DNA of 64,000 bases, taken from the NCBI GenBank assembly GCA_048013815.1, contig CM106586.1, positions 22,630,001 to 22,694,000 of the forward strand, given 5' to 3'. The DNA is from Setoptus koraiensis. Lineage: Eukaryota; Animalia; Arthropoda. Shown piece by piece: positions 22,266 to 33,900 of this stretch (position 1 is the first letter of the stretch; every line of letters starts with the position of its first letter). The notes below the pieces were generated by a model. The model was not told the origin of the DNA and ran no database searches. It saw nothing but the letters and a program-made list of their open reading frames with translations. A program made the translations under genes and the position numbers.

Positions 22266-22934
22266 CTTTTTGCTGGACTTGAGCGGGGCCGCGCCGTGCA
22301 CCGCGCGGTACTTGTCGTGGGTCTGCAGGCAATCCTTGACGAAGGCGCCGTAGCTCTGGTAGCCCTGGTCGCCGTTGGCCGCGTTGTAGTTGTTGTTGTT
22401 GTTCTTCTTGTTGTTTGCGACGGCCCGGTTGTTGCGCGCCGCTCGGGCCTCCTCCTCGGGCTCGGTCGCGTGCTCCGCGTCGTCGTGGTCCGGGTCGCCG
22501 GTGGGGTCCGCCGCCGGGCTCTGAGTGGTGGCGGGCGCGGCCGACACGGCCGTCTGGGCCGGTTGCGCGCTCGATTGTGCCACGAATTGGCCGAAGCCGG
22601 CCGGGCCGAGCGCGGGAGCCGCGCCGAAGCTCGGTTGCGGTAGTTGCGGTTGCGGTAGTTGCGGTTGCGGCTGTAGTTGCAGCGGCTGTTGAAGAGGCTG
22701 CTGCGGTTGCTGCCTCTGGTTGCGGCCCGTCCAAATGGCCGCCCAGCCGGGACTGGGCGTGAATCGGGTGGTCTGATTGGCGAGGGGCAACTGCGAGAAG
22801 TCATTCGAAAAATAATGGAACGGCGTCTGGAAGGTCTGGCTCGTGTGGCGCGTCTGTATCACCTGTTGCTGGCCGCGGGCCGCCTGCGACAGGTAGCAGG
22901 CGGCGGTCAGCAGCAGTAGCGGTGCGGGCAGCAT
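22266..22934 (-). CDS. CAP/SCP (GAPR-1/GLIPR2-like) domain secreted protein, exon 1; nested antisense in ANKRD6 intron 2
   Basis: Signal peptide MLPAPLLLLTAACYLSQAARG, Q/P-rich linker, then DCLQTHDKYRAVHGAAPLKSSKK ending at an AAG|GTGAG donor (intron 22112-22265, phase 0). Confidence 0.9.
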
Positions 22935-25900
22935 GGCGACGGGTTCGGGTGTTCGGGTGGCTCGGGCGTGTCAAGTGGCTGCTGGCCGATTGCTGTTGTC
23001 GGTGTTGCGCGGCGAAGCGAAATTCAATTTTACGACAATTTTATTTCGCTTTAATATTAATTTAATTTCAATTTTATGTGGTGCGATATGTCGTTAAAAT
23101 GCTGCCAATCTGCTAAAGCAATAATCCGCTCTCCAAAGGGCTCTGACGGGCTCTGACGGGCTCTGATGGGGGGCGAGACGGAGAGGCTCGGTAGTGGTAA
23201 TTGTGTGATATTTTTGGATATGTTGTTGTGATGAAAAGTGCGTGATTTACTGTGTGTTGGGCTGCTGTGCAGTATCAAATTGCGACCAACAAACTGATCC
23301 CGACTGACAAACTGATCGGATCGGCGCCGGGCGAGCGCTCGGACTCAGCGCGACTTTGCAAGACTTTGGGCGACTTTGTCGGACTGTCTTATCTGTGTAA
23401 GTTTGACGCTGGCTACTGTCTGTTTTGATTTGGGGATATGGCGCGAATTCGGGCTGAATATCGGGCGAATTTCAAGCGGATTTTGCCGGATATCGCGTGA
23501 ATACTGGCCAATGAATCGCGTGCGAATGTCGCGCTGTGACGAAGCGATTCGTTGGGGCTCCTGCGAGAATTTGCGCGTTCAATCGGCAGTCGAATGTGCG
23601 ATTGGCTCACGTGAACTCGAGTGGCTCGGCGGCGCTGTTAGCGAGCCGACGATGCAAGATGATATAAGTCAATTAGCAGGCGCTGGCGTGATTGCAAAAC
23701 AACTCTCGCTGGCAGTGTGACGAGCTTTGGAGCCACTAATTGCAGGTGAGGAGAGAGCGCTTGTGTGTAGAGTGCTGAAAGTGATATTTATATCGCAGAT
23801 CGCAGACCGCAGACGAGTAAGGCACCGCCACAGGTCCAATTAATCCCATCGGCAATAATCTGAGCCGCGGTGGCAGCAGCTCGCCGCGGCAGCAACTCGC
23901 AATCGTTTCTCGAGGCTCACGGCAGCCCGAAACGATGGCAGCAAAATGATGAAAATCTCAGATAAGAGCACAGCGTTTCGATTAGCAGATTATCGCCGCC
24001 GTCACTCGGCTTCGGCTCTGCGCGCGGATGTCCCAGCCGAAGCAGCCGAGCCAGCCGAAGCCGAGCAGCCGAAGCCGAGCAGTCGATACAGCGAACCGAC
24101 AATTATCCGTGCAGCGACAGCAACAGGTTGCATAGCCAATCATGAGAGCGTTGGGCCGGCGTGCAAGCCCAACAACTCGACAGCCCGTCAACTCAAACGA
24201 GCTCAAACGATATCGTCATTAATTAAGTCGCGCCGCTCGCAATCAAATGTTACATAATGTGACAGCCGTCGCATTGCAGCTATCGCATGCTCGCCGAACG
24301 CACAGCCGAATATCCGTCTAAAAGCACAAATATTGGCGTGGCGACACTGCAGCTCACGAAGGCGGCCGTGCATTGCCCGTATCACAAGTTGAGCGGATGT
24401 GCTCATTTATACCTGTATCTGTAAACTTGTTGCATCACGACGAACCGGCAAAAGAAGATTCGCTCGTTGTCGCTGGCAAACTCGCAAACTTCTTCCCGAA
24501 TCGCGAATCGCGACCCACACTCAATACGACCAACACACTCGATGGGATGACACACTCGATATGATGGGACCAATTATCGTAATTGCAAATCGTCGTTAGT
24601 TGCCGCTGCACGACTCGACGATATCACCAACAAACTCGATATCGCTACCAAACTCGATATCGCTAACAAACTCGATGTCGCCAAATTCGATGTCGCGGAG
24701 CGGATTGTCACGACAGCGACGTATCGCCAATTATATATTATAAATTTGTGATTGGCGATACCCGAATTGTGACACTTTCACAATTAACTATTCGCAATCA
24801 ACTATTCGCAATCAACTATTCGCAATCAACTATTCACAAATGGCGATTTGCAGCGCATTGGCTGACCGCATCGGGTCAGCTGATGAGGGCTGGCATCGTA
24901 TCACAAGTCAGAGATATGATATCAGCGATGCGATATCAGCGATAATATCACAGTGATATGAGCGCAATGGTGATCGACTCGAGCAATATGATAATTTAAC
25001 ATTTGTACCATTGGTAACTTACCAATGGCGAGTTCATTTCGAGTGGAGCTCACCTTGACGAATGTGCCCGCAGCACGCACAAGCGAGAGATCGGGCCAAC
25101 ATTGTGACAGGTTGCCGGCGACTGAATTTATATCATTCATTCATCATTACATAATATATATACGTTACATAATATATATACATTACATAATATATATATT
25201 TGTTCGGCGCGGATAAACTCATGCTAGTCGCAACGCATCACATGTCGGCTTGTGTGTTGGCTCTCAATCCGCAGAGCTGTTGGTGGCACTCGGCGGACCA
25301 ATTAGTCGCCCATTGATTTATACTGTATCTCGTCTGATTTTGCTTGCGATGCCAGCCGAGATAATGGCTGCTTCTGGAGCCTTTCGGAGCCCTCTGGAAG
25401 CTGCCACCGAGCGCCACCGAGCGCCACCGAGCGCCACAAATAATGGCGATGAGCGAATAGCGATAAACAAACTGCCGTGATGACATTGGTGGCGCATGCG
25501 GCGACGTTTCGATCATCGTTTGCGACTCGAATCACATTACATCACATTATGTCACATGATAGAAGGCGATTGGCTGCCTTGTTTGTCATCTCGCTTGTCG
25601 ATTCATCGCCAGCCAGCAAGCCGTTCTGTTTTGCAGTTTGCGATCTGCGCTCTCATCCAAACAGAACGGAACGCAACGCAACTCAATAGACGAGACGCGA
25701 GCTAGCGAGCGAACAGGAATTATACAAACTAATTAATATATAATTAATTGGTTTGTGCGTCTGTCTGTTCGCTCGTTCGCTTGTGGTTGCCGAACTGTCG
25801 CGCTGTCGAGCTGTCGAGATTCTGAGATTTCGAGCTGTCGAGATTCTGAGATTTCGAGCTTTCGGGATCGCGGAATGGCGAGCCGAGCGCAAGGGTCACT

Positions 25901-27283
25901 CGGCCCGCATAGGCTGATCGAGCCGGCTTCGATTAGCGACTATTGCAACACAACCGGCGACAAACAGCCAGCCAGCCAGCAATTGGCAATTATTTAATGT
26001 ACGAATGCATTAATTAGTGGCTGCTTCAGTTCAGCTAAGGCTGGCTGTTACGCAATGCCGGCTGTTTGTCTTACAAGCTGTTTGTGAGAAGACGATAATA
26101 ATTGTCTCTGCGTCTCGTTAACAGTATTGGGCTTGTCGCAACGCGCGCACACTGCAATCGTGTCAATCTAGCGATCACACAACACTAATCACCAAATTGC
26201 GTTTCAAACGCTAATTAGTCAAATTATGTTAATTGTCGTAATGCTGTATATTATGCCATTTGGCGGCAACTATTTCGCTATTTCTCGATTTCGCTATTTC
26301 GCTATTTCGCTATTTGTTTTGTGTGGTTTGTCTGACTTACCTGTGCTATTGTTGTGCGAGTAGTTTTCGTTTGTTTTGTCGTTTTTTTTTTCGCTCAAAA
26401 TGTGTGGCTAGCAATGTGTGTGTTTGACATTGCGCTAGTTTTTGTCTGCCTCTCTCCAAAGATTCCTCCAAAGATTTTTCCAAAGATGCGCTGACAACAA
26501 GCCAATGCGACAACCGATTCGATCGCTGATTTGATAAGCGATTTTATAAGCGTTGCGGTGAGCGATTCGATGAGCAATTTGAATTAATTAATTGTCAGTC
26601 GTTTGACAAGCGATGATTTAAATTGGTTGTTCGTGTGAATAATAGTTGTGATCTTGAGAGATTGCTTGTCATGGTTTATTTGTATTTTTGCCAGTCTATT
26701 GACACTTGCTGCTGCTATTGGACTGAAAACAGCAACTGACTTGTTAAATCTTGTGCAAAATATGCGTCGAAAATATCCGCCACAGTCTATAAAAGCTAAA
26801 TAGTTGCCAGCGACAAGTGGTGATACTCGCATAGTTGTGACGTTTATATATATAATAGGTGTGTTTATGTTTTTAAGGTGTATAGTGGCAAATCTCTGGC
26901 GAACGCTTTCGCACGCACTGATTTAACCCGTGAATTGTGTGCAACCTGTGGAATTAGTTACCTGTGTGTGTTTATCTGCACAGGTATATGTAGATGTTTG
27001 TTTGTTTGTTTGCACGTTCAGTCATTTTTCATTTGCCAGCCGCCACCGACGCGATTTAACCGGTGTTATATTCAAATTAGCAACCAACTTGCAATTACTG
27101 GCTATAGGTAATATCTATAGGTAATTGATGATGCTGACTCAATCACAACAGGTTAATTACATATCATATCGCACCGCCGCACATGATATCGTTGTGCGAT
27201 ATCGCTGTGCGATATTGATTGCTTATTATGGCTCACCAGCGCTCACCGGCTCTCGCCGGTTCTCACCAGCCGAATGGGCGCAC

Positions 27284-27398
27284 CAACAGCAACAACAACA
27301 ACAGCCACAACAACAGCAACAACAACAGCAACAACAACAGCAACAACAGCAACAACAGCAACAACAGCAACAACAGCGACAGCAACAGCAACAACAAC
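27284..27398. repeat. (CAA/CAG)n microsatellite
   Basis: Read directly from the sequence. Confidence 0.95.
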
Positions 27399-29143
27399 GG
27401 CGACGACGATGATTAATTTGCTATTATATTAATATTAATATTGATTGCAATAATCTCTCTGGTCTGACACTTTGTGAGACTGGCTGGCGGCGGCGGCGGC
27501 GACCAACCAATAATTATTAGTTTCGTCAACTGGCGCCCGTCGAGCTGGCGCTGCGACTCCTGGCGGCGACGGTGTCGTCACATTTGCGACTGTCCGACGT
27601 CATCGCGCATTATCCGCCACTTGTTGTCTATTAACTCGATGGTATTAAGGCCTGGCGAGAGCCCCTCTACACACACACACACTTACGTACGCGCATTGTG
27701 GCGCCGTTGATATCGGAATATATCTTACATATCGTCGTCGTTTACCTGAGCTCGCTGCGAGCACAGGTAAATGACGACAGGTGAAGAGGTGGCCAAGTGG
27801 CACAAAATTACACAGCCAGCGCAACACACAGTCACTGTTGAACAGTGCCGCTAAATGTGCCAATTGCTGCAAATGTGATGCCTCGTGAGATCGCATGCCA
27901 CTTGGCAAGCCACCGCTCACCTGTGCGCGTTGTGAGCCATTGTTTTTCGCCATCGGGCACTTGAGTTAACGACGACGACACTCACAACCATACAGTTTCA
28001 ATGTCACGCTGATTGGTGCGATTGCGCCATGTTGTTGTTGTTGTTGTTGTCGTCGTTGTTGTTGTTGTTTGGCACTTGAACCTGTTGACAACTGTCGCCG
28101 ACAATTGCATAATTAGCCGTGGCACACCAACCACAACAAACAAACCAAACCAACAAACAACAACAGCAACGCTGGCGTGACCTTCACACAAACAGTAAGC
28201 CACAACAGCGAGCCCTCGAGCAGGAAAGGTCGCGCCAACGCTCGCACGCTTGACCCCTCGTCGGGGACTCGCCCGCGAGCCGGGCGGCCCCGCCGGGACC
28301 CGTCCGGCCTAGACGCTCTCGCCCTAGACGAGCTCGCCTCGGGGGCTCACCTTGCGGCACACCGCCTGACCCGGCCTCGCAGTATATGATACGGTCGCTT
28401 CACAAATAATAACATTACTGTGATACTGTCGCTGGTGTTATGTAGGCATTGTTTTCGAGTCGCTTGACTCAAGCGAATTCGTTCGAATGACTCAAGCGAA
28501 TTCGTTCGAATGACAGTGGTCAGTGGCCGTCGTCGGGCCGGCGCCGTTCGCGCGATCGGGCGCCCGCTAGCCGCCGGCCGCTTGTGACCCACAGCTTGTG
28601 AGGCTACGAAAAATGGCGTGTCGTTGGCGGCGCAAACTTGCCAAAGTTTGTGCAAAGTGCCATTTTGTTGCGTCGGTCCGACCGAATTGCCAGCCAACCG
28701 GCCACTACTTTCCATTGGCAGTCTATATTTATCTCTCGTTGGCATCTCTCGGTGGCGTGTCTCGTCTCTCGTCGGCTGGTTGGCGTGGCTCATTAGCAGC
28801 GAGCTGCCATTGGCAGCGCAGCCTAACAAGGCCACATGAGAGATAAAAGATAAAAAGGGTGAAAGACGAAGCTTCGAAACGATCAAGCCAGAAGATAGAG
28901 CCAGAAATCAGCGAGCGGCGCGAAAGCGGAGCCAAGCAAATGAATAAATTATCGTTTATCGCGCGCTAAACGATAATTTAATACTCGCTTTTAATGCTCG
29001 CCTGCCTCGTTGGCTGCTGCCTCGTTGGCTCGCTCGTAGGCTCGTCGGCTCGTCGGCGCGTCGGATCGGGTTGGCCCCCCGCTGATGCGCCATCATCCGA
29101 TGATCATCGGCAATAAAATGGGCACACTCATTTTATCATTTTA

Positions 29144-29868
29144 TCATTCCATCATTTTATTCGGCGGGCGTTCTCGTCGCTGAGTGCGGCGAACGCCGAG
29201 ACGTAACGGCTGCGAGATGTAACCTCGCCACTCGGCGTTGCATTGATGGCCGATGCGAGCTCGCCGAGCTCGCCGAGCGACGCCCGCTAAGTGGATGGAG
29301 CAGTCAAATTGAATGTTGTTGTGATTGCAAATCTCTTCATCTTCCGCTTGGGGCTCTGGCAGCTCTCGTAGCGCTCGCAGGCTGGTGAGCGCGCCGACGT
29401 GAGCCGGTTGCTTTCGCTTGTTCGCATTATCATTGTTGGCATTATCACTGTTGGCATTATCACTGTCGGTCTGCTCACAGTTTGCGACTCGCAACAACGC
29501 CAATGCCAACAGCAACAACGACAACAGCAACAACGACAACAGCAACAACGACAACAGCAACAACGACAACAGCAACAACGACAACAGCAACAACGATAAT
29601 AGCAATAACGATAATAGCAATAATGACAGCAATAGAGCCAATAATAGCAACAAGTGCTGACACGCGAAAAGATGCTCGAACCGCCGCGATGATGATGATG
29701 ATTTGCAACAACAACCTGTGGCGAATAACGGTCTTCGGTTGCTATTAGTGGCATTATCGCCGTTGTTGTTGTTGCTGTTGTTGCCGTTGTTGTTGGTGTT
29801 GTTGCCGTTGTTGCTATTGTTGTGTCGGCGTGCCAGTTGTCTTATTGGAGTCTTGTTCACTTGTGTGG
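29144..29868 (-). CDS. Candidate novel nested gene A, exon 2: N-rich leader, (SLLLL)n hydrophobic segment and small Cys-containing domain
   Basis: Acceptor tctggcag| at 29869 with a canonical CACTAAC branch site at 29907-29913. The phase-1 join is in frame with the 238-codon ORF, which lacks its own ATG; this gives 250 aa from ATG 30208. No family recognised. Confidence 0.45.
29508..29640. repeat. 15-bp tandem repeat AACAGCAACAACGAC (about 8 copies), read as (SLLLL)n on the minus strand
   Basis: Read directly; lies inside candidate gene A exon 2. Confidence 0.9.
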
Positions 29869-30180
29869 CTGCCAGACTCGCTCAAATAAGTTAATACTTT
29901 TATATTGTTAGTGTGCCCATTATTGCAATCAATGCACAGTGTGCATCCGTTGGCAAGCCCAATCATTGTGTCTAATGATAAGGCAAAGTGTTTGATGCAA
30001 AGTCAATAAAACATCATCAACAAAACATCAAACACAACGCAGCTCAAGTTACGCGACAAGAACGCTACGCGCCTCGAAGCCTTTCAAAGAGACTCTTTCA
30101 AAGAGACTCTTTCGAAGAGACTCTTTGTTTTCTTTTGAATTTGTTTCTTCGCCACTGCACTTTGCTCAACTCTCACTCAC

Positions 30181-30259
30181 CTGTTTCGCCTGTTTCGCTC
30201 GTGAGCATTGCTTGTGGCTTTGGCTTGTGGCTTTGGCTTGTGGCATTAGCTTGTGGCAT
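30181..30259 (-). CDS. Candidate novel nested gene A, exon 1 (ATG at 30259 or 30208)
   Basis: MPQANATSQSHKPKPQAMLTSETGET(G) ends at a perfect CAG|GTGAGT donor (30180), phase 1. Confidence 0.4.
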
Positions 30260-30838
30260 TAGCTTGTGGCATTAGCTTGTGGCACGAGATTCGCGCGAGA
30301 TTCGCACGAGATTCGCACGAGATTTGTATGGGATTTGTGCGAATTGCGGTTTGTGTGCGAGAAAGAGCACAGAGAGATGTGCCAAGTATCGACTTAAAAG
30401 TATCGAGTGGCAAAAAGTTGGTAGCAACCGCCGCTAACTGTGCACACAATGCTTGCTGGCCGGAAATAGCTCTGGCACAGATCAACGCTGGCACAGATCA
30501 GCTCTGGCACAGAGGCTGTGGGGCCCAGAGTGCGAGCGTTACAGGTGAGCTGAGCGCTGTCTGTTGGTGGTCGCGCCGGTCAGCACGCTGTTACATGTTA
30601 CATATACGCTGCTATATGTTGCATATACGCTGCTATATGTTGCATATATGCTATTATATGTTGTATGCATGGCCAACAACACTGGCCAACTGGCCAATCG
30701 AGCCAAGCGGCCGAATGAGCAGCTCAGGTGAGCGTCACAGAGGCACTGACACTTGTGAGATTTATATTATCACACTAATGATTATTTGTTGACGCTCGCT
30801 CACACACACTCCAAACTGCCAGCCAACTCTGCTCTGCG

Positions 30839-30866
30839 CTCACCTGCGCTCACCTGTGCTCACCTG
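30839..30866. promoter_or_regulatory. Three CTCACCTG motifs at 10-bp spacing
   Basis: Copies at 30839, 30849 and 30859. Confidence 0.45.
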
Positions 30867-30955
30867 AGCTTCTCTGGCCCGCATTCGATGGTCACTCATT
30901 TCTAGGATGGTCACTCGTTGCTAGTTCACATATTTCATGGTCACATACATTGGAG

Positions 30956-30983
30956 TTGGCGTCAACTTGCAAGTTGACGCCAA
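30956..30983. other. Perfect 28-bp palindrome
   Basis: TTGGCGTCAACTTGCAAGTTGACGCCAA. Confidence 0.95.
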
Positions 30984-33900
30984 TTGTAACGGCCACACGC
31001 ACGCACCCGCACACGCTCACCTGGCGAACGCTTGTGGCCCTCTCGTGGCTGTTTCTCATAGCTGCTGCTTACGGCTTCTTATAGCTGTACCGGTAATATT
31101 CTTCTTATAGCTCATAGCTGCAACGACGATAGAGCACGCGATCGCTTGACCGTTGCTGTTGCGCACACCACACTGCATGCGACAATGACCAACCCCGCAT
31201 ATTGTGCTGCGCAACTTGTGCTGTGCAATCTGTGCCGCCACTTCCGGTGCCCACTTGCTGACAAAAGTGGGCAAAGCGTGCAAAGTGCGCGCCAGTCAGC
31301 CGTTCAGTCTGCATGCTGGACAGTTGGCATTGTCTCAGAGAGAAAGCGACAGCTCGTGCCAGTTCGAACCGACACCGAGTCTCTGGTCGAACGGATCGAA
31401 TCCCAATCGAATTCGAATAGTTCGAAATTCGAGTCGAATTTCGAATTCAAACAAGCAACGTGCCAACGGCGATTGACACATGTCCGGCACTCGGACTCTG
31501 TACCTGTGCCTATCGCGTGTATCATGGTCAGACATGACACTTGCATAGATATGGATAGAGATAAAAATAAAAATTATGAAAAAGTTGTGACGGCTCTCAG
31601 TGGGCAAGTGGCGCCATCTGCACACTTTGGCAAAAGAAAATTTTGAGAAATGACCACTGACAACTTGTGAGTCCGAATAGCGTGATGATTCAAACACTTT
31701 CAACTTTTATCTATGGGCTCAAACGACCAGTTGTAGCCCATGTGCAATGATGGATAAATAGATAAGAGTTGGACAGTAATGGACGCACGCACTGTCGGAC
31801 AGGTGAGCGGCGGACGGGCAAGCAGGCGGGCGGGCTCGTGAGCGGAATTAATGAGCGCTCGGGCGCTTCTTTCTGCGACTGTTCTGTCTGCGTTTGCGCG
31901 GTCCGTCGAATCGGCGGAATCGGACGGAATCGGCAGAATTGGACGGAATCGGATCGGATCAAATCAGATTAGATATAGCGTGTGCGGCAGATACGGCCAA
32001 CCTGTCGCGCTAATCATATTGCGCTGCTAAGTAAATACTGTTTGCCGAGTTGGCCGAATAGGCCCATTGGGCGTAATTGGCAGTAATTTATGTTGGTCAT
32101 TGTTGGCGTCGCTGGCCGCCGGTTGCGAGCGCAAGTTGCCATCAATCACTCGGGTGCGAGTTTGTGAGTTTGCGAGCTTTCGAGTTTGCGATTCTCGAGT
32201 TTGCGAGTTTCGAGTTCGCGAGCTCCGAATTCGCGAGCTTCGAACTCTCTCGCGAACGCTCGCAATTCGCGATGGCCAGGCTCACACAAACGGCCAATTT
32301 GGCAGTGCTATCATTATTAAAAGCGCCATTAAGGCAACAGGTGCTAGAATCGATCATTGCTGATGGGCGATTACTGGAAGGTGATTGCTGTTAGGTGATC
32401 ATTGATGGGCGATCGGCGCGAGCTTTGGCCGCGCGATTCGTTGCCAATTCGAGAGCCAGCAGCTCGACGAGCTGTTGTCCGCCGCACGCGGACGGGCGCA
32501 TCCCGAGCGGCGGCATTAAATCAGGTCGCTGTTCGTCGGGTTACCGTTAGCGGAGACCGTTATGTGTCGCCCACTTGTCGCCTTGTTGCTCTGTCCATTG
32601 AATGCTATTGCGGCCAGTGTGTCCGCGGCGGCCGGCGCCGCCGATGCCCGCCGGTCCGGCTACAACAGCAATAATAACAGCAATAATATAAACACACTAT
32701 TATTCCACTGAATCAATTATATATGTCGGCCCGGTTAGTGTCACTGTGAATGACGCAATCAGTCCACTTTGCTCTCACAGCTGCACTCACTCTCTCATTG
32801 CCCACTGACCACTCATGGCGTCGTTGCGTCATGGCGTCGTTGCGTCATTGTGTCGTTGCGTCATTGTGTCGTTACGTCATGCGCGTTGTAAGTGAGAGAG
32901 TGAGCCAACCAGATCAGACAGCGACAACCTGTCAGCCTGACAGTGTCAGGCCGCTAACAGGCTCAAAGGGCCAGCCAACGAGTGGAGTGGACGCAAGCAA
33001 AGTAGCGAAGGTTCCCGCAGGAACTGGACACTTTAGCCGCTCACCTGTCACTCGCCACCACTGACAGCTCTGACAGCCAACTGATCAGCTGGCCTGGTGG
33101 TCAGCTGGTGCAAGCGCTGCGCGCACAGTGCGCAGCGCTGTCTTGGTATCGGTCGGCCTGTTGCGAGCGTTGTGACCAGCCTGCGAGCGGCACAGCCTGC
33201 GCGTATTATGACACAATCTGCGCAATTTGTGACACAAGAGGCACTTTATGGGCTTATTTGCATAAGTAAACAACCGGTGACACAGCTGACGTGAGCTGCG
33301 TCACTCTCGCGTCACTTAATGGCGCCACTCGGGCCATTGCGGCCATTTCGGCCATTTAATTCGCCGGCTTGCCGCTGGTTTGTTTGCGCTGGCACTGCCC
33401 GAACCGCGGCTGGCGGCCGAACCGCAACTGCCGGCCATTTGCTGTCGCTCTCAGCCGGCCGGTTGCTGTCGCTGTCGGGCGGCCGGCCAGACGGCAGGTC
33501 GGGCCGAGCCTCGGGCTGCCAACGCCGTGTCACTGTTGCGCTTGTTTGCTCATCCCGGCCCGCCAACGAAACCATCTCACCTGTGGATTTTGAGTGCCTT
33601 GATTCACAGCTGATTCGTCACACACAAACGGACAAACAGTGAACACACACTGGACAGTCACTTGTGGCTAGTTTGCATAATGGCAAGCCGATTAGCCAGT
33701 GCATGGCATTAAATCTGTTGCGTCAGAGCGGCCGCGGTTCGAGTGTTGCAATCGAGTGAATTCGAGGTGAATTCGCAGCGAATTCGCCCAGTCAAGTGAG
33801 CGACTGGCCGCACACGAACGGGCCGCTCGTTGACGGCTCACAACAAGTTGTCAGCTGTCCGGAACTGCCCGAGCGGGTTATCCCGAGCGGGCCGTCCCGT

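Noticed and set aside
29287-29754. Cys-rich (RCCCC)n ORF resembling a keratin-associated or metallothionein protein
   Set aside because: It is an alternative frame of the 15-bp repeat. The splice signals favour the (SLLLL)n frame, though this is not excluded without transcripts.
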